From positions 7,342,407-7,406,406 of the forward strand of contig OZ199839.1 of the NCBI GenBank assembly GCA_964304625.1: a stretch of DNA of 64,000 bases. The letters are read 5' to 3'. A program made the translations under genes and the position numbers. Shown here in pieces: positions 55,090-64,000 of the stretch; position 1 is the stretch's first letter; every line of letters starts with the position of its first letter. The notes below the pieces were generated by a model. The model did no database searches and was not told where the DNA came from. It worked only from the letters and a program-made list of their open reading frames with translations. The DNA is from Kudoa neothunni (lineage: Eukaryota; Animalia; Cnidaria).

Positions 55090-55390
55090 CCTGAAATTTA
55101 TTACTTTTTCTTCGATATTATTTAGTGTTTACTTTTTATGTGAATAGAGTGTATATATATGTACATTAATTGTTATATTTATCAAAAGATAGCATCGTTA
55201 ATTACAGATACATCTTAAACATAAAAAATTTACCTTCGAGGAAAGTTTAAAAATGTTTTGCTTTAAGTTTGGACGATTAATTCATATGAACTTTATATTA
55301 CAAAGGATCCAATTAATAACAAATAAAATTTGTTCATACTATATGCATATTTAACATTGTAGCATCAATATATAAATATTGCACAAAAAA

Positions 55391-56053
55391 TCTACTATAT
55401 AAAGCAAACCGGAAATCCGTGTGTGTACGCATTTTCCATTCTTTATAGAGGGACATATCGCTCCATTTAAGCACACATATGGAAAGATAAAATTTTATTT
55501 TAACTCAGAAAAATACAAAAAAAATTATAAAAGATTTGCATCCTACAAAATGACTGAAAACATTTTCACGTGATATGATTGGTTTGATTTGAGGATTTAT
55601 GCAAACATATAGATCATTTTGTTAAAGTTTTCAAAGTTAATTTTAAACGTACCGGAGTGTTTATTTTACTTTAAAACTATTGAAAAGTAATTTAATAATT
55701 GAATTAGTTCAAATAAGGAAGGTAATATTAGGTTATATAGCCAAGCATTAATATGAAATTTATTTGTTGATGTTTGACAAGGTTAGTCCAATTCATATCG
55801 TATGATTCAGAGATTACTGCAAACAACAAGAAAATCGATTTTTAAGAGCTCTAAATAGGAAATTTATACGCTCAATAGTGTTTATTCGTTTTTAAAAATA
55901 TTAAATAAGGTTCATGCGTCCAATCAGTTAAATAATTCATCCGTTAATTGGGTAATCTTTGTACTATGTATCTAAACACTCTAAATTTACTTCGAACCTC
56001 AAATTACCTTGGCTTGGCAAGGAAGCCCAAGCCAAGCGGGGCTTATGCGCTAG
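55391..56053 (+). mobile_element. Non-autonomous Helitron (663 bp) inside Merlin
   Basis: A|TC...GGAAGCCCAAGCCAAGCGGGGCTTATGCGCTAG|T; same family as 1935-2632. Confidence 0.88.
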
Positions 56054-56465
56054 TTGTAATATATATACGAGAATATAGAGAATCAATTTGTTTCATGTAT
56101 GATTTGAAAACTGTAACTCCATATACCCTTCCATATATATATATATATATATATATTTAAATAATCAGTCAAAACTTTCCATATATGAATATATTTAAAG
56201 TGTGTTTTCATCAGACTACACATGAAGATTCAAAAAATCTACTCGGTCGACCTCATATGGAATGTAAACAAAATTATAACGCGTTATATTCTATTAGAGC
56301 ACGATTCTAACAGAAATGTCCAAAGGAATTAGAATAAAATCATACTCACGAGGTATTATTTCTAAATTCTATCATTAATCAGAACGCTTAATGGAATATA
56401 AAAATTAAAAAAAACTAAAAATATTTCAAAGCAATGTTTTTACAATTCTATATTAATTTTCGATT

Positions 56466-56496
<31 letters not shown>

Positions 56497-59314
56497 TCTA
56501 CGATGCATTCTTGATAACGTTTCAAAACCTCGTGTTACTTGATGAACTGTACAAAATTCTGAAAGATTAAAGACTAATTTATCGATTCAATTTGGTTTGG
56601 ATATTTTTAAAATTTTGATTTTGTGTATTGTTTTATTTCTCTCAATATTTAAAAAATGTGTTTTAAACAATGAAATCAAAATCGGGGATGTCGGACATGT
56701 CGGATATGCGCAAAAGGTCGAATTTGGTGAGGCATATACTCCCCCATTACCTGTATCTTTAATAAATGGTATAAAAATAATGAGACATTGAGGAGCTATG
56801 GTTGTATCCTGGAGAGAGCAACATACTTATTATCGTCGTTGCGCGTGCGGATTTGCATCGAGTGTATTGTGTTTCGTTATTTATTCATTATTTACTCGAT
56901 AGAATTTCCGTAAATTTTTACTTATCACATGTATCAATATTTTAATTAATTTTATGAAAGAAAAATGTGGGGTAGATTTCTACCTCAATTTTAGTTGAAA
57001 GGTGTTTAAACATTAACTTTTTCGATATACGACAAAAAAAAATTTCAACTCATTTTTCTGAAAGTTTTCATATGGGTAAAATATTAAAAAAAGTGGAGAG
57101 GAGTTATGCTCCGATCATACACTATAATATTGTTGGCACAATTCACTTATGATAGAAATCTACCCTATTTTATTTAGAAGGTTAAGCTAAATCTTGGATT
57201 TTTTTATTTACGAATCATGTATATTATTGAATCCTTTGAGATTAGTTATAAATAATAAGTTTTAGAATTAGGTGAAATAATCCTATTTATTGTTTTAGTA
57301 ATGGGGAGAATTAATATTATTCGAAATTTTAAAAGGACATCACGATCGTCGACAATGCGCTCTTTTCCAACCCTTGGATAATTGTTACTTAATCAACTGT
57401 TCTTATTATTCGTTGATTGTATTTGGATATTCCAACGCTGTCTTAAAATTTTATTGTTTTTTAATAATATTTTTTGAAGTTATCGACGTACATTATTTTA
57501 AAGTATGGGTGAAAATTCAAGCGGAGCTCAAAAAATAGCGTGGGATAATATGTGCTTCAATCAAGATTGGTTAAAAACAGGAATTTCAGCTACTGCAAAT
57601 GTTGGACGAATTTTTTCATGAATGAACACAGTAAAACCTGAATAAACCAACTCATTAAAGGCTGAAACTGTAGAATGCAAACTTCCCGAAAAGCAGTTTA
57701 TCAAAAGAAATAATAGTACGTGTTTGAAGTCGCATCCAACAAATAAACTAATACATGATGTGAGCAGCAGTGTCGTGAATCAACGATACCTTGAATGCTT
57801 GAAAAATGGATCAAACTTCTTAACTGAGGGTTGTTTCGTTGAATCATGAGTTTTCTATGAGTTCAACCTTGGGTTTTAATTTTTCGGAATCTCGGTTTAT
57901 TGTTGAAAACCTGTAAAAATTTAATAATATTATTTTTGATGTACGACATTAATATTTATATTAACGTATCCTATTCAGATTATATCATTCAGGGTTTAAA
58001 CGTGTAGGATATTGAACGACAGAACATTAGATTGTTTAACGTGCCACGGTTACATATTTATTCAGTAAACATTGTCACACATTCGTATAAAATTAAAGCG
58101 TTATTTCAAAATATACATTGAAATATGAAGTAATTAATTGTGAATATATTGATCTATGCTAGACATTACGTATAGGTGAGTGTTCGCGCAAAAAAATTGC
58201 AATAATATGACGATAAATTTAACTTTTGTTATATTTGCGCCAGGAAACAATCAATTTCAACTAATAGTACAGCTAAGTTATTATAGTTCAACCGAAGCTA
58301 TGGTGATCACCTTGATTGTTATTGTCTAGGGGATTTCCGCCCGGTAATGTAGTGGGCTAGCGCGGAGCCCAGCCTCGGTTGATTGGGGGATTACTACAAC
58401 TTTAATATCTGAAGACGTAATTATAGAATAGGAAAAAGATTAAAAACTAAAATAGATACGGTAATATTTTGTTGCACTTTAAACTAGCGTTTTTATCAAC
58501 CATGGGATTGATTCAAACCCCACCGACAGCCCTGGTTAATGTGTTAGAATTTGGTGGCTTTCGAAGTAGTCAATCCATCTAATACTTTTGTATTTCTTCA
58601 AAAATAATGTTACTTTTATGCTGAATTTCTATTAAAATTTTTTTAGAAGAAAATATTTTTGGGATTTTGTAGAGCAATTTAATTAGGTAATTTACATGAA
58701 CTATCTTTAATAAGAAAATTTTTTATAAAAAAATGAGAACAAATCTTGTATATATAGTAAAAGTATTCCATTATAATAATAAACCTAAGTAACTTTATAA
58801 TCTTGCCGTTAGAATGTTAAGATCGGCAGAATTTTTTAAAGAACGTATCTATTGACATGGTATATAGTATTCGGGTGACACTAGTTTTGACTAGATTTAA
58901 TTATTTCTGACCCCGAAGAGCGTAACGTTGGGGAAAAAATATTTAAATATGACAGATTATAACAAATGAAATTCGTAAACGGCTTGTAAGTAAGAGTTGC
59001 TGAGATTAAAAATGTTGTTGTGCGCAAGCGTACATGCCTTTTAGGATTAAATTTTACCGTGTCAATAATCTCTATCTTTGTTAACTTTAAACTCAAAATT
59101 TATTCTCCTAATAGATTATTGCTAAATATGTATAATTCTAACGCTTTATAGAAAACACAATAATCAATAAAAAATAAACAACACACAATTCAATAAAGTT
59201 TCATGCATGCGATTGAAGCAAACAGATAGATTTTCAGTAGATTGAGTTGGAAATTAAATAAGATAAAGACAAAGTGCGAAGTTCGCATATAAAAAATATA
59301 CTCGAGCAAAACAA

Positions 59315-62300
59315 TTAGGATTTTGGGAATAAACATCTGAATATCTTTGGAATTTTGCTCTTGGGTTTCTCGTAAGAATTCCTGAAAATAAGGGGGAGAG
59401 AAACACAGTAATATTTGAGGTCATCGAGTAATTGAGATGACGGTAAAGTGTCAAGAAAAAGGATGTATTGTATGTAGAAATATTCGATCTCATCAACCGA
59501 CTTGTAAGGAAGGTAGTTGGCTTTGATTAAGCGGAATCGATTGCCGTAATTGCGGACGCTGCTCTCTAGGAGAAGCAAGTCGGTTAGATTCCAATTTCTG
59601 TCTAGAGAAAAAAAATAAGCAGCGTTGTAAAATAGAGGTGGTAGAGAATGAATAGCGTTACTTTTTTTATACAAATCTGATTTATAATAAGGGTGTGGTT
59701 TCCTGAACACAAGCCACATGTGCAGTCCCGTACCTTTAAAAGTTATTGGTGAGTATTAGTGAGCAAACGGTAATTATTAAAAAGGAAAGGAAACCGACTT
59801 TAAATGTGTTATTAGTTGGTAAATATGCAATATCAACGGTTGATACGAACATTTATACAAGTGGGTTTTAATGAGTTGGAAAAATGAGGATATTACCAAG
59901 GCAAAATAAAAAAATACATTTTTCTAGCATCCAAGCGGAAGATGGTTGTTATTGTACCCTCAGATTGACAAAAAAATACACAGAAATAAACTTATCAGAA
60001 AGAGTTTAAGAAGATTTGAGGAATTAAAAGATAAATTAGATTGTGGTAACAGCAGTGAAGTATTATCCATATTATAAACCCCTCAATAATAAATAATATT
60101 TCCGTGGATGTGAGTAAATGAGTTGAAATGTTGTGTTTGTGTGTTATTAAGCGATTGCTTAATTTTTTTGTGGTGCCAAAAATAACATTGAAAACAACTT
60201 TCAAATTAAGCCTAATCCGTTTGTGTTCATATACTCCCCAAAAAAACTTGCCAATAAACATTATGACAAAGTAGTGTTCTTTACAAAGTGTTCAATCGAA
60301 AAACTACGTCTGTTATAAAACTGTAATTTTTGTTGGAGAGAAGTGAATTCGATCAACATTTGGGCTGTTTATTGGTTTCGGTTGTAGAGGGATTCTTGAA
60401 GTAATCGACCAACGAGTATGAACCGTCCTGGTTTCGTAGATAAGGAAGATTTAGCTTTTCGATAGTGTTTTGCATGAAGACACTACATGAGAAAATAATA
60501 GAATATTTTATAATTTGAAACATTTGATAAATGAAAAATATAATAACAAATTGAATGGATTACTCTCGCGAGACAGCGAATAATTCATTCTTGTTACATT
60601 TGAAAAATTGTTTTAATTCAACGTATCGTGAGCTTCTTTTCCAATAATAAAAAAACTCCACCAACTGAGGGACAGTTTTGTCCTTTAGGTAAGCTTGACG
60701 AATATCATCAAAATTTTTGTAATGATTAAGCATCGCAAGTTCAAAAACAAGACAATCGTATCGGTCCATATGTTGGAGGTTGGAGTCATAACGAAAAGAG
60801 ACTAACAGGTTTGGATCAACATCACATGCCTTTTTCACATCACCGTTACATTCCATCAAATGATACAATGCCTACAATCAAACAATGTGATTAGTGATAT
60901 TGTGACTTTTTTTAAAAGCTAAATTAAAAATTTGTATCTCCTTTAAATTATATTTCATATCGATAGAAAAGTTATTAATGATCAATTAATCCATCAATCG
61001 CTTGATTTTAATCAATGTGAGGAAGTTAAACTATGTCGACAGGTAGTGAACACATATGACGATAAATATAAGTAATAAACAAAAATATATAGGTGGTTTA
61101 GTTAGTTGATCCCGTACCTTCTCGTTATCAGCTATATCTTCAATTTCGTATCTAACATTATTATTGTTGCTGCTATCGTCGTTGTTCTTGTCGCTGACTT
61201 TGTCACTGTTTTTGTTGCTGGTGTTGGTAGTGTTAGTGGAATTTTGTGACTCGGACGTGGAAGCTTTGGCGACCTTTCGAAGATAACTTTTCACTATATC
61301 AACAGTTAAGTTCGGTAATGACAGATTGCAGGTTTGTATTTTTATCACCTTCCGACTCCGGGCATGTACTTGGTGTCCAGAGCAATGTGTCCTCTTGAGA
61401 AGACATTAAAATAGATACAGAATAGATGATGAAATACCTCTCTCAGGGATTAATGAGGGATCATATCCTCTGTAGCCTTTTGAACTGTCGTTTCTACCCT
61501 CCATTAGAGGCATAAATTTTGGCATTTTTGCTTGAAACAGACTTCCCACACGTATATTCTAAATGCACAGGTGAAATCGGTTTATCATCGACAACCCATG
61601 TACATATTTTTTACTCAACCAACTTGATCCGCTGGTTAACTCATTGGATTCACTCTCCTCGCACAAACTCACTTCCATTTTGAGTCGTTCTACATATATC
61701 GATAAAATTTCCAACACCATAAATGTTCTAACAAATAAAATATCAAGAACTACTTGTTCGTGTGATTCGAGTGAAATCATTTGTCACAATTTTGGTGGAA
61801 TCTTTATCTGTTGCAGTTTTAAGCTCGGGACTTTCAGTTTTCTGATCGTCGCTATGAGCGGTGGGTATTTTGTGTGCTGTCATTTCATTGGATATCTCCT
61901 AAATGAATACATCTGATGGTGCGACGGACATCATTGTTAAAACTCACTTGCGTATCACTCTTGAATTCTTGCTGCTTTTCGGATGAAATGTTTGAGTTGG
62001 ATTGGCCAACAGTTTCTGATATCACCGACGGCTGATTTTCCATTGCGACGTTGCTGGCTTCGGTACACGCCAACTCATCTTTCCATTCGTCGACGGTTTG
62101 ATTGGATTCGTTCGACTCTATCATTGCTGGAGCTTCTAGATGCTGCTCTACCCAACCAAACATTACATAAACACCAATTTAGTCCTATTTTGAGAAACTA
62201 TCATATCTATGAATAACTCACCAGCTTCAGCTTCACACCCCAATCTACTTTCTATTAATCGCCGAGATGCGTCAAATACTCTATGGGTGTTACGACAATG

Positions 62301-62923
62301 GATATAGTCTCTGTCTTTCTGCGTAACTATAGTTCTGATTGAATTATGCTTAAGCTTCCTACCTAATGTTTAACTATGTTTGCGTTTTACGACATAGACA
62401 CTCATTCTGACAAAGTGTACAAGTGAATTTTTCGCTTAACACCCTAATTGAGAATCGATGCAACCTCATTAAAAATTCAATCCTCGGTGTCGTAGTGTAA
62501 CTTTCACAACCTATTAACCATATGAGATAAGCTTTCCACCAAATTTCGAGGTGTCGTTCGAATTACTGTTCGATTATTTATCCAATGAACATGACTACAC
62601 GCTATCGGACGCACGACCTTACCATGTCCTATCGATAATTAGGAATATGTTTAAACATGCACTTAGGATAGGCTCATTCTGTATCAGGCGATTGGCGGCT
62701 CGATTCGATTTATAACAGACATAGGATATTTGTGACAACCGTATTACCTCGAAGCAGCCGACCATCTCTGCTGTTAGCAAATTGCAACTAACTGGATGCG
62801 GTGAACCTTTGGTTGTGGTGAAATACTTTAAATTTAACACATTATTTTCATCCCGACATAGAAAAATGTAGGTGTCATCGTTTTGCTATTATTACGTAGC
62901 TCAACTTCTAATCGATCACTCAT
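59315..62923 (-). CDS. ELM2-SANT HDAC corepressor scaffold (MIER/CoREST-like), multi-exon; exon model incomplete
   Basis: ELM2: IRVGSLFQAKMP (~61523-61555) and DNEK|ALYHLMECNGDVKKA. SANT: FELAMLNHYKNFDDIRQAYLKDKTVPQLVEFFYYWKRSSRY. Second SANT-like block: WNLTDLLLLESSVRNYGNRFRLIKANYLPYKSVDEIEYFY. Confidence 0.8.
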
Positions 62924-63198
62924 ATTAGCAATTCGTTTCGTTTGTTACGCTTTTTCAATAAATTTCTTAAGAAAGATTGTAAAAATGCTAATTATAACTG
63001 TAACTAAGAATATTTTGTTAACAAAAGGGTATAGCCACTTTTCCATCTTGGGACAAGTGGCTACTTTAAAGTTTTGTTCTCAAAAATAGAAAATTTGGTT
63101 CATTTATTACGTAAAATGTTAATTAGTTTCAAAATAATTCGTAGATATTGGAATTTGCTAACGTAAAGTTCCAAATCAGGTCACTGCTAACAAGAGTG

Positions 63199-63276
63199 AT
63201 GATTCTATTCGTCGCCATTGTCTTTAACGTACTGTTCGCGCTGGTCGGTCAGCCTTCAACTCTGAGATTAACAGAG
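63199..63276 (+). CDS. Possible first exon with signal-peptide-like sequence
   Basis: MILFVAIVFNVLFALVGQPSTLRLTE followed by GT, divergent from the ELM2 gene; no homology recognised. Confidence 0.2.
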
Positions 63277-63446
63277 GTTTTAATGCACACTGCGTTGGTC
63301 CTTCTCAATTTATTGTTTAAAAAATGGAGTAAAATTAGTGGTGTTTTGAGTAGAAACTACAAAATCGATAAGAAATGTCAATGTGTCACTTTATGGGGTT
63401 TCTTTTTCTCTCATTTTGATATAATACCCCGTTTGAACCTTTAAGA

Positions 63447-63750
63447 CAGTGATTCCGAACCGGGGTTCGGAATGAACCCTAGGTGTTCGAAAATTGAACC
63501 AAGAATACATAAAAAAGCTTCCGAAGAACAGCAACAGAAATCTCATTCGTCATATATTCATATTTATATTATTTGTTATTTTATAATTGAAAGATAGAAA
63601 ATGAATATGTGAAATTTTTTCTTAGCGCTTTAAAAGTATATATATGTAATGAATTCTTAACACAATTCTCATATGAATTGATATGGGTTCAATAGACCCA
63701 TGAGTGTGTCTACAAGGATTCGAAGACGCCCAAAAGGTTGAGAACCATTA
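63447..63750. mobile_element. hAT (Buster/Charlie-type) MITE, 304 bp
   Basis: Perfect 8-bp TSD CTTTAAGA (63439-46, 63751-58; central TA); TIRs CAGTGATTCCGAACC / GGTTGAGAACCATTA. Confidence 0.88.
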
Positions 63751-64000
63751 CTTTAAGACGTAAAAATTTAGGAAGGATTTTTTATCCAACTTTTTCTGAC
63801 CTTAAAATATAGATTTTACAATAATAATAATAATAATAATTTTTTATTAATTCGAGTTTGAGTTTTTCGATAAATTTTAATGCAATAAAATTTGTGTTAT
63901 TGTGGGCGCATGTGCAAACGAACTTTATCTTGAATGTTTACAATTTTAATCAATTATTAAATTACTGTAATGACTAAGTTCGTGGCAAAATTTCATATTT

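Larger units (their letters stand above)
53699..56751 (+). mobile_element. Merlin transposon with ~200-bp TIRs
   Basis: TIRs begin GGTAATGGGGGAGTAT (53699-~53900 vs ~56550-56751); flanks CGTATTTT / TGTATCTT (6/8) fit a decayed 8-bp TSD. Confidence 0.9.
53132..57181. mobile_element. piggyBac-type non-autonomous element hosting nested insertions
   Basis: TTAA|CCTTCTAAATA ... TATTTAGAAGG|TTAA (perfect 11-bp TIR, TTAA TSD), plus subterminal inverted repeats 53150-53200 / 56962-57010. Confidence 0.8.

Noticed and set aside
57340-57900. Possible hAT transposase relic on the minus strand
   Set aside because: Only fragmentary motif resemblance (DTAA..M) and no termini; too weak to call.

Overview
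AT-rich eukaryotic DNA from a highly divergent animal. A reduced parasite such as a myxozoan is plausible but cannot be shown from this window. It uses the standard genetic code. GT-AG introns are mostly very short (~36-70 nt), and a few have been expanded to several kb by transposons. Host genes, reconstructed by hand across introns: a type-I membrane mucin-like gene built on a ~41x33-bp array, OSBPL9/ORP9, a ferritin, a ZnF-UBP ubiquitin-specific protease, INTS4, SPC25 and an ELM2-SANT corepressor. The rest is dense, often nested DNA transposons: Merlin/ISXO2, Tc1 DD34E, pogo/Tigger, piggyBac, hAT and non-autonomous Helitrons. Most notable: (1) an apparently intact pogo/Tigger whose transposase needs three host-sized introns spliced; (2) recurrent hairpins inside the short introns; (3) a ferritin with most ferroxidase ligands but no acidic 3-fold channel; (4) the mucin-like surface protein, missed by the ORF track; (5) two unexplained GC-rich structured islands. 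All alignments and folds were done by eye against remembered sequences; no searches were run.
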